DNA of 61,865 nt, filler included, from Trichosphaerium sp. ATCC 40318 (Eukaryota; Protista; Tubulinea), in the NCBI GenBank assembly GCA_038496445.1. It is 3 parts of 3 records of this genome, joined end to end, with 100 filler letters (N's around TTAATTAATTAA, not from the genome) between each part and the next. Parts side by side here need not be neighbours in the genome. Positions count along the whole stretch, not along the records: positions 34,968 to 61,865 come from JALMLS010000053.1; 2 more parts are not named here. The stretch is one strand, 5' to 3'. The notes under the pieces are model-generated. The model had not been told where the DNA came from. It saw only the letters and a program-made list of their open reading frames with translations, and ran no database searches. Shown in pieces: positions 39,170-54,747 of this stretch. Made by a program: the position numbers and the translations under genes. Within the stretch, counting starts at the first letter, position 1; each line of letters starts with the position of its first letter.

Positions 39170-39510
39170 ATTTTATGGTTTGCAACAGCACAACTGCAAC
39201 CTCAACACTTGTATGCGCGCATGTTTGCAACGTCACAATAAAACAGCTCACAAAATTATAAGATGGTTTGAGGGAGAGCCTTTTTCAAAGGATCGCTCGC
39301 TGGTGCCTTGTCAGTATGATGGCGAAAAGAATAAACCACAACGGAGCTGCACGAGGTAACAGTAAACCCTTATCACCTACGAATGGGATACCTCTACAAT
39401 AAAGGCTAAACAGAGTTCAAACCAATACTCCTATATTGTTGCAGCGTAGTTCTTTCCTCCACAAGAAGCAAAGTCATGCTTTTTCTTTAACGGTAGTTTT
39501 TTTGAATACT
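39170..39510. repeat. Dispersed repeat copy A with an invariant 71-nt core (39333-39403)
   Basis: Inverted homolog at about 48505-48940. Confidence 0.8.
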
Positions 39511-41519
39511 TTCTCAATAAAATTAGTTGCTTTTCAAGTTACTACTAGGTCTTTGCTCAGTAAATTCATCTTTCTACGCCCCGTGCGAAATAATGTAGTA
39601 GCTATCAGCCAAAGCGTATCTCGCCACGCCAAGACGATAAGGGTTGCTAAGCACAAGTACTCTAGCAGAGAATACACACATTCCGTGCGTGTACAAGTAA
39701 ATTAACTTTGGTCGCTCCTGCATTGCACTATACTGGTTATGTTCTTATTGCATCGTCCCATACTTTGGATGTTATAGCTTTTAAAAAGTTCGCTGTTAGT
39801 AGACAACGACTAGCTAGACTTCCTGTGCCCAGCGATCAACAGTTTTTGTGCGTCTGTTCTTGTCTAGGCTATTTGTTTTTAGAAAGTCTGTGGACTTTTA
39901 ACACTACGTTTATTCCTCTGAATTGTAGTAGATTGCGCGCTAACTTGGTAACATGGTTAGAAAAGTAACAAGAGAAATCAAATCTAACATTTGTCACATT
40001 CGCTCAGTGTTCTTTGAAATCAGACTTTAGTCGTAGTTTTATTCCTAATTAGTGCTATCGGTACTGCAGCTCTCCAATTGGATTGAAAAAAACCGCCTAG
40101 CACACTAGGTATTCACATCCTAATGTACCTACCCGCAAAAAGGCATCGACAAAAATGTAGACATTTTGACATGTGTCAAATTTATGCAATTTTGGCTTAA
40201 CATAACATCAAGTGTAACGTGAAGCCTAAAAATATGCATCATTGAAAGGAATAGGTTTGTTTTATACATGAGATTGTATTATTTGGTTTGCAAAAAAGAC
40301 TTTGTACATCAACAAATACAAACCTTTCGCTACCTCAGGTGTTAGCAGTGCTGTAACTCACGAACGAAATACAGAAAAAAGGAGCCAAAAGTGAAGTCTT
40401 GCAATGTAAGCGAAATCGTAGTTTTATTAAAACGCACCGAGAAACCTTCTTTACATTAGATTTTGAAGCGTCTTTGTGAAGTCACCACACTTACTCCGCA
40501 TTTTAGGACAAAAACTGGTTCTTCCCTATTTCCATCATAGATCATGCGAGTGGAAGAATATTATTGCTAGAGAATTTATTACAACAAGCGAGATATATAA
40601 TAAATCTCCTACATCTCAGTGCAGCCATTAATTGTTGACTTTTTCAAATAGAAATACAAGTGAAGCTACCAACGCATAGAGCTCTATACTTTGAAATCTC
40701 AAACAGAAATATTATAAATTGGTTTTTGACATTGCTTACCAACCATATGTCTTCAAGAGGACTTTCCCTAGCTCTCAATTTGTAATGAACTTGGTAGGCT
40801 GGTTTTATTGGCTGTCCTCTTAACTTGTCGGTGCTTGTGCCTTTCATAATTAGTAGCTAGTTCAAAGTAAAGACTTGTTTGTGTACTTACTGGATATACA
40901 TCCACAGGTTTACTGCATATTTTTTATACTATTGTAAACTCCTGCTAAATGTCTATACTTGAGTTGTTGGGACCACTTACATTGTAACCAAACCTATGGT
41001 ATTGCCAGGAGCGACAAGACTCAAGATGAGTGTTTTTCATTCTTTCCTAAATATCATATGAACAATCATGGTTTATACTTCTCTAAGTGTAACAAGTAGG
41101 TATGAGAGCACACTGTGTATTTTGTAGTACTGCAAAGAAAATCCCTGACCAAAAGCTAACCAGCATCCAACAAACTGACAATTCCAAAAACCAACCTTAC
41201 ATTACTGTAAGCTGATTTCATGGACAATAAATATCCCTGGTGACTAGACAAGAGTGTTAGTGTAACATGGAATTGAACTAGAGTTACAAGAAGCAAATAA
41301 TAAGGTTGATAACACTAGAGAAGAGCTGTGCAAACATGAACAAATTTCAAAGGAACATATTGTAACTGCATAAATTACTGCAGCGATGGACCTGTAACGG
41401 TCACCATAACGACTAAAAGGTTGAGACATCAGCATGTAAATACTATTACTACCGTCGGTATCTTTGAATGGTCAGTGTGCTCAAATAAATCCATAACATC
41501 CTGCCAGTGACACAACAAT

Positions 41520-41810
41520 TTTCACAGTGAAAATACAGAAAAAAATAAGAAAGGTACCATTTGTGGCAAACACATTCAAGTTCAGTTCTGATTTTTTCCA
41601 CAACAGATCTACATGTCAATACACACGTTTTGTATTTACAAAGAGAAAAAGATTTGTAAACATTCCTCGTTTTTGGCTCAAAAAAACCAGAAAGAAGTCA
41701 TAAATTCTGGCTTGAAAAATCGATTTTTGACCTGATTCTTTGCACACTAATGCGACATGTATATGTGCGTATAAAACTGCAATAAAAATATTTTCGCCGC
41801 TTGGTTTTCA
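41520..41810 (+). repeat. Diverged copy of the 35040-35325 repeat
   Basis: Shared CAGAAAAAAATAAGAAAGGTA, CAAGTTCAG.TCTGATTTTTT and CTGATTCTTTGCACACTAATGCGACATGTAT. Confidence 0.8.
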
Positions 41811-43374
41811 TTGAACAAGAAAACGAAAAAAAAATAAAGAAGATGAACAAAATTTTTGACTTCTAAACATAATGTTACCGTATCAAGGAGCCTCATATTG
41901 AATGAAACAAGCAACCAAAGCAAAGCTGTACACGGAGGAGAGCATATAAACTAGATCCAACTATTCAAACCTGAATGACACGGATTGCATACTACATCAT
42001 TAAGGTTTAGACAACAAATGGGTGGAAGCGTTCATGGTTGCTACAAAGATCATAGGCACACGGCATGTCAAAAAAAAAGTTGTTGCAAAATACTGATGGT
42101 TGTTAGTGCTCAATACTAGTAACACAATATATCGGGTATCCGCCGTGGTAGGGCAATGTACAGACTGCATGTTAGCTTGATTACAAAGTAACACAGTAAA
42201 TTACCAAACCCTCAACAAAAACAAATTGGAACGAAGTGGTGACGTCTATGAGACGTAGGGAAGCATTCTTTATGATCAATAACACCCACACACTAAAATT
42301 TTTTCGATATAACGCCTTGTTGGCACTCTATTAATCTTCTACGTCGTTAGATACACAAAATAGCAGAAAAAAACTGTTGTAGTACATGTTATTTGGAGAG
42401 TAGAGTAGCGCATTGTGGTGCGTAAAGAGTTCTTTGGTGCCGTTTTCATGCCCCGCAGTGTTGTTGGTTCTGTTTAGCGCAAAAACAGTGTAATTTAAAT
42501 AGCCATCGCCTACCCTGCCAATCTAAAGTGTTACAGACGAAACCAGTGGAAGATAGAAAATAACAGCAGACGCAAGAGAAAAAAATCTCAACATGTGATC
42601 ACACAAAAAACCACAAGTGACTACAGCGTCTGCCTGGCGTAAAAACTGGACGAATTCGTTGCCGGTTCTCGTTTTGATAATGTCCTTATAATAATCAGTG
42701 TTGCTTGGAACGGGTAAAAAATAGTCCGCTAAAACAACGCGTTCTGCATTACTACAAACTACAAAGAAAATAGGTATTGGCATCCAAAAGGGTTTTTCTT
42801 TGTTTTCACACTGTATTTTGAAAAACGGTTTCGTACTTGTTTCGCTCTATCACTGTACGCTTTTCTGATGATTTCTGAGCGACATCTCGTCAAATCACTT
42901 GCTTCTCAACCTACACTGCAGTACTGAAATATTGCTGCCAAGCACAGGGGTTCGAAAAGAAAAAAATTAGGCGCAGCGACAGCAAGCCTTTACGACGCTA
43001 ACAAACCTCAAGCCTTTTCACTGTGATTATCTTTTATTTAAAACTTTGTAAGAAACGCATTGTTACATAACGCTAGGCATACTTTAAATTTTTGTTTCGT
43101 GCTACAAGATACTGTCAGTTCAATGTGAAGCGTTTATATCAACTTCAGTACTAGTACTTTCTAAGGGAAACGCTTCAACCCAAAGTGTAAGTAATCTGAG
43201 AATAAAATGATGTAGCCCGTGGTTGGAACTGTTCCAGCCAAATCTGCTACTATTTTGAATGGAGCAAATTACCTCATCTCATTCTTGTAATCGTAGGTGT
43301 TCGTCTTGTTTTCTTGGCAGGCATTTAGGACATTCCTAGCAATTTAGAAAGCTAATATAGTAGATTTTATACTG

Positions 43375-43850
43375 GTGCTAGCCACCAAATGCCCAATACA
43401 ACTCCCAGAATCATTACTCAAACATCAAGTTAACACTGAAACACCCTTGTCAAGCACCAAACACCGGCCTGAACCTCAACAAAAAACTTCACCTCCAAAA
43501 AACAAAACAAAAAGGAAAAGAAAACAACAAAGTGCTAACTCGCACACAAAAGCTTTACAACAACACAAAAAACAAAGAAAATTATCTGTTCAAGATACCA
43601 ATATTGAATCTAAAGCTTTTAAACCACATGTTATCTACCTTCACTTCATGGCAAAGAAAACCAAAGCCAATCCAGTTACTCAAACATTTGATTTTGTGCA
43701 ATATGTGTTAGAGCAATTGTATGAACACGGTGTGTTTGAGCAATTCTCCAATATAACCATTTGGATTGATGGATGTGGTAAACACTTTAAAGCATATGCA
43801 GCACAATATTTTATGGGTTTGTTTCAATCACGAATGAAGAAACCTATGGT
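43375..43850 (+). mobile_element. Transposase fragment, Sola2-like
   Basis: ITIWIDGCGKHFK resembles the (S)DGCxxQ(F/Y)K catalytic segment of Sola2-type transposases; incomplete. Confidence 0.5.
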
Positions 43851-44319
43851 AAGTTTTTGGCACCTATCTTTCAACAACTCTAGTATACTATACAACTTAG
43901 GTAAACTCAAGCAACAAATTGAGTTCTTGGTTCTTCTCAGAATTGTCTGGCTGGAATATAACTCTATTCAACACGGTGGCAGCATGTGCTCCCGACGTTT
44001 ATTCACTCACAAATACAAATATGAGCGCCTTCCAGCGCTCCTCCAATCTGACATGGTCAGCTTTTACAGCTTGACCTGATCACTCCTTTCTGGGCGGTTG
44101 GTCTTAACCGGACAATTACGGTCCGCCTAGTAGGCGTCCTGTCTCTTCTCGCGTTGAGAGCGGTAGGTGTAACTCCTATGTAAACCCTTGGTTGGCACCA
44201 ATGTATGTTAACCTGCGATTGGGTCGCTTGATGCAACGCAGACAAATAAACGTAAGTAGTTTATCAACAGCCGATGTTGGCTTTGACTAAAATTGATCGA
44301 TTTTATTGAATACCATTAG

Positions 44320-46085
44320 TACTAAATAGTAACATGAATAACATGTGTTTTACCTTGTTGTGTGATATTACCTGTCCAAATCAAATCTGTCTTTCCATAT
44401 ACATTCACAGCCTCAATGTTGGCATTGACATGGATTAACGTAGATACAATTTCAATTTGGTTGTCACCTTCTAATACTAAAATAGTAGTGTGAGCTCTCA
44501 AGTTGTATTTAATGTATGATACTACCGGCATTAAGCAAAGCTGTGTTTCCATGTGCATCAACATTTTGTTTAGCGTTGATACAACTTTGTCAAATCCTAA
44601 AAATGCTAGGTTATTGATCTAATACAATTAGAGACCGTCAAATTGATGACTCAATATCTAGTATGATACGGTGATATTACCTGCATTAACCAAAGTGTTT
44701 CCACTTTGATTTATCAACAGTATAAATATTGGCGTTGGCATTAATTAGCATTGATACAACTTCATTGTGTCCTTTGTATGCTAAATAGTAGAATGAGATA
44801 TGTACATGTTTATCTCATCTATCATGTTACCTGCAAATATTAAACCTGTATTTCCATCTTTATCAACAGATCGATTAGAATTGATACAATTTTGTCCACA
44901 TCGTGCTAAATAATAGTGTGCGGCTTGTATTGCTCTCTCATACGGAATACCTGCACGTATCAACCCTGTATCTCCAACTACATTAACAGCATCAATGTTG
45001 GATAGCTAGCTTTTTTGTGAAGATATCCAACTATTGGTACAAATGCGAGGAGAATGTCTTGTATGAAGACCAATTTTAATTTTATCTTACTAATACTATT
45101 TGTAGCCACAGTTTGATTCAATTCTGGTTAACAGTATAATCGCACTATTTCAAAGACGTGCGTTTCTTACTAAGGTTTAGTTACTTAATTGGGCGTTAGG
45201 TGATGAAGTTACTGGAGTTAAACTAGTTAAAGTTGTTAACTATCTGGCCCAAGGTGTAGCATGTACAGTGTAGTACGTATTAGCTTAACATCTACAAAGG
45301 TGCTTACTGAATTGTACTTTTAGCATGTTTGTAAAAAGTGGTATCATTCGTGTGCTTTGTGTGATATGTTCCGGGGTTTTGATCGTGTATTGACTGATGC
45401 ATTTTAGTATAACGAACCAATTTATAAGTTTGCCTTTATTCGTGACGTCCTCACAGGCTTGGAGAGTATTTTGAACGGGTGATAGTATACTTGTACTTTC
45501 TTTTTTCTGATTCTATAGTTAATACTGTTTTACATAGTGCTGGTGCTTTTAGAATCAACCGGTATGTATTTCAGTTTGACGCCGATTGCATCCTTAAAAT
45601 CAAGTACGTTTATTCTCATGTATGAATATACAAGCGATGTCTATGCGTGGTCTATCTCCGATCTGGCTTTGATTACCATTAACACAACATCGTTGTCTAT
45701 TGCTCCTGTTTGTGCTAGAGAGTAATGTGTGTAACAGGTTATATATCTCATCTGTGACCTGCACAAACCAAAACTGTACTTCCATATTTAGTACTGGCGT
45801 CAATATTGGCCTTGGCATTGATTAACACTAATACTATTTGGCTCTATTCTTCCCCTGCTAAATAACAATGTGAAACTGTATCCACCTTCATCAACATCAA
45901 TATTGGATTTTTCATGTATCGTAACAAATAATAGTGTGAACGACTTGTGTTGTATCTCCCTGTGTCATTACCTGCACATATCAAACCTGTATCTCCATAT
46001 CTATCATCAACTGCATCTTTATTGCCATTGGATTCGATTAACTTTGTTATAAATTCAGCATGGCCATTTGTTGCTATGATTGGTT
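44320..46085 (-). pseudogene. Decayed ankyrin-repeat gene(s)
   Basis: Repeated NANIEAVNVYGKTDLIW, DKDGNTGLIFA, GHAEFITKLIESNGNKDAVDDRYGDTGLICA units with stops and frameshifts. Confidence 0.7.
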
Positions 46086-47078
46086 AGCTATTTATGCACC
46101 AACCAATACAAACCTGCGAAAGCAATCACAAGTTCAATTACACCAACATTTGAACGATAGAGAGGGTTTGGTTCTTCACTTAGATCATTCCCGATAAGTT
46201 GTAATAAAAACGTAAACACGATTTGTAAAAAAATATGTTTATTCTAAAAGCATGTGACACAACATCCTAGTGATCCTTGATCACATTCTCCATCAATGCA
46301 AATACCCAAACCTGGTTTTTCTTTAGGGACGATTTTTGTAAGCAGTTCACACTTTCAAAAAAATTCTAGCACTCCTCAAAAACATTATTTTTACCCAATT
46401 TTTATGTATGTAGTAGATCGCATATGTGTCTGTACGTGGTATTAAACAAGCGTTTCTAGTAACAAATAGTGCACTTTAATTAACAATTTCATTGAATGTA
46501 AAAACGATTTATTTATAGCTGGGATCATAGTCTTCTCCTCTATCACCACCATTTTCTGTAGGTAATTCAATTAACACATGCCGGGTACAGATTATATTCT
46601 TTGGTTTACAGTGGTTTTATCACTTTCAGTGTTCCACATAGCATTATTATCATCTGCCTCTAAAATTTCAGCTGAAAAAATTGTCCTTTCTTGGTAGTCC
46701 AGTGTAGTGCCATTGCGTGTGCCTACACTAATAACTACAAATTCTAGTGTCACCTCTACAATAGCCACATACATGATCACATGGTTTGATACAACCATGT
46801 CCACATTTTGGAACACGTTCCCTACTTTTTTTTTTGTATTTGTTGTGTGCCCGAAGAGTTTAAGCGTATAACATAGAACAGAGGCCAGATTGGGCGGAGG
46901 GGAATAGGCTGTTGACAAAGCTGGAAACACAGAGCACAGGACCTTCAAATTTTTAACTGTCTTGACGGAACTTACAAGAACTAGCGAAAGTGACAAGATC
47001 TGGCGCTGCTAATTTGTTTAATTAATAACACGACTTTTGCTAAAAATTAAGCAAGGCTTTCATGGATTGGCAATAAAA

Positions 47079-47460
47079 CTACTTCGCAAGAGAATTTGTA
47101 TGTGGCAGCTGCCGCTTTAGCTGCTGTTTTTTCTTGTCAACCTTACCAGAACGCTCTGATATGAGCTTGCTAATACAAGAAAGGATGTGTATCACTTTTG
47201 AAGCGTTTTTTTGGTTTTCATTCGTGGAAAGATTCAACCCAATTTTTTGAATTAAAAGAATCTGTGACAATAAAAATGTGATTCAGACTATGATGTACTG
47301 ATCGCTATCTCAATAGCCTCGAGTTCAGAACCGTTTGAGTCAGCATGGAATACTGTCTTAAACATCATCCAACAACTGCGCCAGTAGCTACTCTGTCTTT
47401 AACACTGCCGTCGGTGGTAAGTACTGAGACTCCTGTGAGGTTGTGTTCCAGAGATGTACT
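47079..47460 (-). mobile_element. RNase H domain relic, probably from a retrotransposon
   Basis: VLTTDGSVKDRVATGAV, SNGSELEAIEIAI and HIFIVTDS give the RNase H D-E-D motifs; frameshifted. Confidence 0.65.
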
Positions 47461-47848
47461 CCAATTTTAGCTCTTGGGGTGTTTTAGACGTCTACAATCT
47501 TATAGCTAGTTTTAGAAAAAGGAGAAGATTTTTGTTGATATCGTTCTACTTGGTTTTTCATGTTGTATTCGCCTTAACACCTTTGAAGATGGCGTTCGCG
47601 CAGCGGATTGGGTGAGAATAAATGTAATTTATACTCTTAGCACAAGGTCTTTGACTGTAACAACAGACACTACTATAGCACGTCACATTGAAAGTGACTT
47701 GAAGGGGACAAAAAGCTAGTGTTTTTCTCTGTTTGGACCCTTGTACTATTAGTATTCACGACGACTCCAACGCGAACTCCAATAGCATCCAATAAGGAAT
47801 ATACTATTCACAGGCGCTGTAAAATCACGTGGAAACCAAAAACCGCAC

Positions 47849-47998
47849 TTTAAGCTTGTACAAGATCGTTGTCTACATAAAAGGCTATTTAGGTAACGTG
47901 ACTCTAGTACTTTACCTTACCAGCAGCGTCTAAACCCAACAACAGTATTCTGGACCTGGTTTGGACGCCCCAAACAGTTTTCCTAACGCGCTCCCCAT
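47849..47998 (-). pseudogene. 5' fragment of an ADP-ribosylation factor (ARF) GTPase gene
   Basis: MGSALGKLFG...RILLLGLDAAGK, then an intron, then TTILYKLK; one extra base; downstream exons not found. Confidence 0.8.
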
Positions 47999-48504
47999 TG
48001 ATAGAACTTGTGTCAAAAATTATGGCACGTCGTATAATAGCTTTAAGAAAGAGTAAACCTCTTACTGAACGATCAATTTACTTCAGAATGTCCGGTCAAA
48101 CTTCACATGTATACGCTTTTTCACGTATAGCAGATGGACGTGAGATCTTATCCATGATTATTCTGGAGAACGGAGTCTAACTTTCAAAGAAAAGACGACG
48201 TAGGTGCCACTGCCAAATGTGTTTTAAAAAAAACAGTGCAAAAACTTTGTTTTGGCATCGCTGCACGTAGGTGATGCTACGGTAGCAGTATTTTGAGTGT
48301 TTGCAACAAAGAGAGCAAGGATAACAATACAGACTATACAGTCACGTCACAGTCGATGTAAACAATACAGCTTTTGATCTCTGTGCAACTCAAGTCTAAC
48401 TACCTTGTTTGTCCAAGTTTAAACGGCACATATCATCTGTATTATGATAATACCTAATGTAACGTGCGTACCTGCAACTGAACGAAACCTAGCATAAAGA
48501 TAAA

Positions 48505-48940
48505 AGTCTTCCAAAAAAAAAAACTACCGTTAAAGAAAAGTCATGACTATGCTTCTTGTGGAGGAAGACCTAAGCTGCAACAACATAGGGGTATTAGCTT
48601 GAACTTTGTTTGGCTTTTATTGTAGAGGTATCCCATTCGTAGGTGATAAGGGTTTACTGTTACCTCGTGCAGCTCCGTTGTGGTTTTTGGTCTTTTCTCC
48701 ATCGCCCATACTCTACCTGGCGTCTATACAACAAAGGTAACGTTAATTTAATTTCTTGCACAACTTCTTATCTTTTTCAGTAGCACAGCGCTCTAACTAG
48801 ACAGCACCGAGTGATCCTTCTTTTAAGGCTCTCACTCAAAACCACTTGTTATTTTGTCCCATTTTGTTTTGAGGTTACAACGCTCACGGTGCACACATAT
48901 ACAGTGTTGAGATTGCGTTTAGTGTTATTGCAGAACTAGT
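48505..48940. repeat. Dispersed repeat copy B (core 48616-48686)
   Basis: Reverse-complement homolog of 39170-39510. Confidence 0.8.
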
Positions 48941-49465
48941 TGGGTTTTTTTTGTGTCTAATAGTCACACGCGCGTGCTGAGGGTTGCTACGGTGTTAGTT
49001 GAGCAAAAAAAAAAAGCGAAAGGTGTTTTGTCGCAAGTCGTTGCTTTACTCATGCAACTGGGCACGTAACAGAAACCAACAGTGGTATTACTTCATTCAG
49101 GCGTTAGCTTGTTACAATGTCGGCTTTATTTATGTTTATACGCATACCACAGCCTCGGTATAAAAACCAAGTTAAACGCAAATATGTAAGGTTTTAAGAT
49201 ATCTGTTTGTAAAGGTTTTTTACACATTCCGTAGAGTGGCCATTGACGTATGATTCGCTTACTAGGACTAACTGATCGATAAGTAGTCGTGTCATAACTC
49301 CCAATGTGGCCTTATGAAGATATTCAGTTAGCGAAGACTCAAAGCGCGTTCGCCTGTTACATGGTTCAACAACAAGTCAATTTATCTACGTATCAGGTCT
49401 CCTGAGCTTGATCTTAAATAGTTTGCCACTTAAGCGAAACATCATCATCTCACTATAATTGCACA

Positions 49466-50133
49466 ATGAGCACGGCAGCACCTCCTCGCAGTAATAGGGC
49501 TGCGTCACAGAGTTTAAAAACACGCATTGGGTTATTCGCTGACAAATTAAAAGAGTTTGACAAAGAGTACTGCAATACGCGCACAGAGTTCGATGAAGAG
49601 CAGGCGGACAGCCGTAAAGAGTTTGAAGAGCGCTATAAAAAAATAGACGCTAAACGCCAGGCACGTTTCTAAAAAGAAAGCGGGTTCTTTATGCGGAAAC
49701 CTTCTGCTCCTTGCGACCGTAGGGCTGCGTTAAAGGGCGAGTTGAAGTTGAAAGCGTTTTGTTACTCTAAACTTGTTTAAAACTGCGTTTGTGGAAACCA
49801 TCTGCTTTCTTGCGACCGTAGGGCCGCGTTAAGGGCGAGTTGATGTCGAAAACTGTCGTTGGTATCAAGTTGGCAAATCTTTCTTTATTTTTGGTTTTAA
49901 TCACTAACAGCGTGTGCCAGGCTGCTACTATGGAGATTTTACGCGGTTTAATAACCCAAAACGATGATTTAAAAGGTATAAAAAGAAAATACGACCAAGC
50001 TATGGTTGAGAACGCTCAACTCAAGAGAGAACTGCAAGTACTTAAAAAATTCAAGAGAACAGTTTCTGGAGCACTTGATGAAGCAAATGAACAATCAGAA
50101 GACGCTGATGTCGTTCTCCTACAGAAGATATAA
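49466..50133 (+). CDS. Small coiled-coil protein; two exons with a GC-AG intron at 49661-49920
   Basis: KIDAKRQ|AATMEILRGL joins in frame only with the GCACGT donor; CACTAAC branch site. Confidence 0.65.
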
Positions 50134-50751
50134 AGGAAAAATTACGTTCTCCAAAGTGACATCTTTTTTCGAAGCAGTTTCACGGACATGAACAGCTAGA
50201 GAGCTTCCTTCCTTCCGTAATCAACGGGTTTTGATTGCATTCACGCGTCAGGGCGGCATAGCGAACCTGGAACGATTCGAAAGTGAAGGGAAAAAAACAA
50301 CCTTTCATGTGGCGAAGAGCGTTATTGCAACTTTGCAAAACGATCTAGTAATTGCGGTGATATTGTAATCAACCACATTTCACTATGACAATGTAAAACA
50401 ATTAAAAAAAACGATCATCGATTTTTTTCAAAACAATAAATTTGATTCTTCTCAATCCATCACCAGGACTTTGTCTTTTTCTTCACTTATACAAGTCTTT
50501 TAATAATTTGCCATTTATTGGTTACAAAAAATCCAAATCGCAGTCTACTACTAAGAGAGACAGTACTGAATAACAATCGCAATGTATGAATCCAAATCCA
50601 AACGTTTGAACATAAAAAAATGCGAACACCACACTTCTTTTAACAGAGAGACCATTAAAAAAAAGTTGGTTCATCAAGGAAGGTGGTATTAAATCAATAG
50701 CAGCCCAAACATTTAGTTCTTTTTTTTTTTGTTTGTTTTTTTGAAATTTGT

Positions 50752-53219
<2,468 letters not shown>

Positions 53220-53343
53220 TGTGGTATTGTTTAGCTCTGGAAAGAAGATTCAAACGCTGCTTAAACGCACTTTTGTTAGACTTATGCCAAAAAGCTAACC
53301 GTTTGTTGTTTACACAACTGCCGTAACTGTATAACATAAGCAT

Positions 53344-54747
53344 ATGTCTAGTACAATTCTAGTGAGCGGAGGTAGCGGTTTTATTGGCAAGCGTTTAGTT
53401 GCGTCTCTAAAGAACAAAGGACACAGGGTACACATATATGAAAGCGGACTATAACAATCAGTTAATACGAAACGTACTTACGTAACTGTTCAAATGAAAT
53501 GGCACAAAAATGACCTTAAAATAGTAAAACCGCTCTATTTCTACCTTTCCAAAACAGTGAAAGTGACATTTATCATTTCCGCGTTATAAATCGTCAAAAA
53601 ACAATCTCAAACGTCTTAAAATACGTCATGACGCTTAAAAGCCTTGTAGGTGCTCGTTGTATCGCGTAGCGCCAAGAAAGGGGATGTCACATGGGAAACA
53701 GTTAACAAAGGAAAAATTCCTGATTGCGACGCAATTATCTCTCTTCAAGGTGCGGGTATTGTTGACAAGGTATGTTAATGTCCTTCGTATATAGTATAGT
53801 TATGGTTAAAAGCTTGGTTTAGAGATGGACAAAGGAGTACAAGAAGGTGTTGATAGACTCAAGAGTACAGACCACAAAAGCCTTACTGAACGCTGTCAAA
53901 AAGTCAAAAAAGAAACCCAAACATTTTATTGCAACTTCGGCTGTTTGGTGCGTAAAGTCTTTGTTCTGCCTGATGGAGTATTCATAACTATTACAAATAT
54001 AGCTTCTATCCAACAGAACAAGATGAAGTATATGATGAGACATACGACGGACCACCAGCTGAGAACTTTGGAGGTTTTTATTAAATTGAAAATCACGTGC
54101 ATTTGTTAATGCTTTATTAACAGGTAACATGGATTTTCAACTAGAAAATACTGCCTTGATTACATCAAAGGATATAAATACACCACTTTCTATTGTTCGC
54201 ATGGGTGTAACACTAGGTGAAGGAGGAGGTAAGTGTAAAAAGTATTTTTAGTATACCGCTAATGTTCTTTTCCTGAACAGGACCTTTTTCACTACTTCAG
54301 CTTCCTCTTGGTTTGTATGGTGGAAATATTGGTACTGGTAAACACCATGTTCCTTGGATACACGTAGGTATGTAATTATATTGATAATTGGTAATAAGCT
54401 TACACGGTTAGATGATGCTGTGAGGGTATATGAGCATATTTTAGAAAAAGAAATCAAAGGCATTGTCAATGCTGTTGCACCAACGCTCACAACAAATAAT
54501 GACATGTCAAACGCTATAGCAAAACGAGGTAAATGGACAGTACCTACACCATCAGTGATCATGAAAGCGGTAATGGGAGAAAGTTCTATACTTGTCACAG
54601 AAGGCCAAAAGGTAAAAGTTCAAGTTGTTTTTTTTCCCTTTGATTGTATTTAATGAATTGTAGATTACGCCAAAACGATTACAGGAGACTAATTTCCCAT
54701 TTTTGTACCCTACTATAGAACGTGCTATGGAGAATTTAGTAAAATAG
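53344..54747 (+). CDS. SDR39U1: Epimerase-family SDR39U1 / TIGR01777-like NAD(P)-binding protein
   Basis: ILVSGGSGFIG, RWTKEYKKVLIDSRVQTT, PWIHV|DDAV, GIVNAVAP, EGQK|ITPKRL..FPFLYPTIE. Divergently transcribed from MDH, about 125 bp apart. Confidence 0.9.

Noticed and set aside
42523-42783. Longin-like N-terminus (MPIPIFFVVCSNAERVVLADY)
   Set aside because: The resemblance is short and I could not trace coherent downstream exons.
46240-47000. NF-X1/RING-like Cys-rich fragments on the minus strand
   Set aside because: Too degenerate to assign; counted only as part of the relic zone.
49693-49855. Twister ribozyme resemblance on the minus strand (TAACGCAGC, GGTCGCAAG, GCAGA)
   Set aside because: The P4 3' strand is missing and the P2 and T1 pairings do not close.
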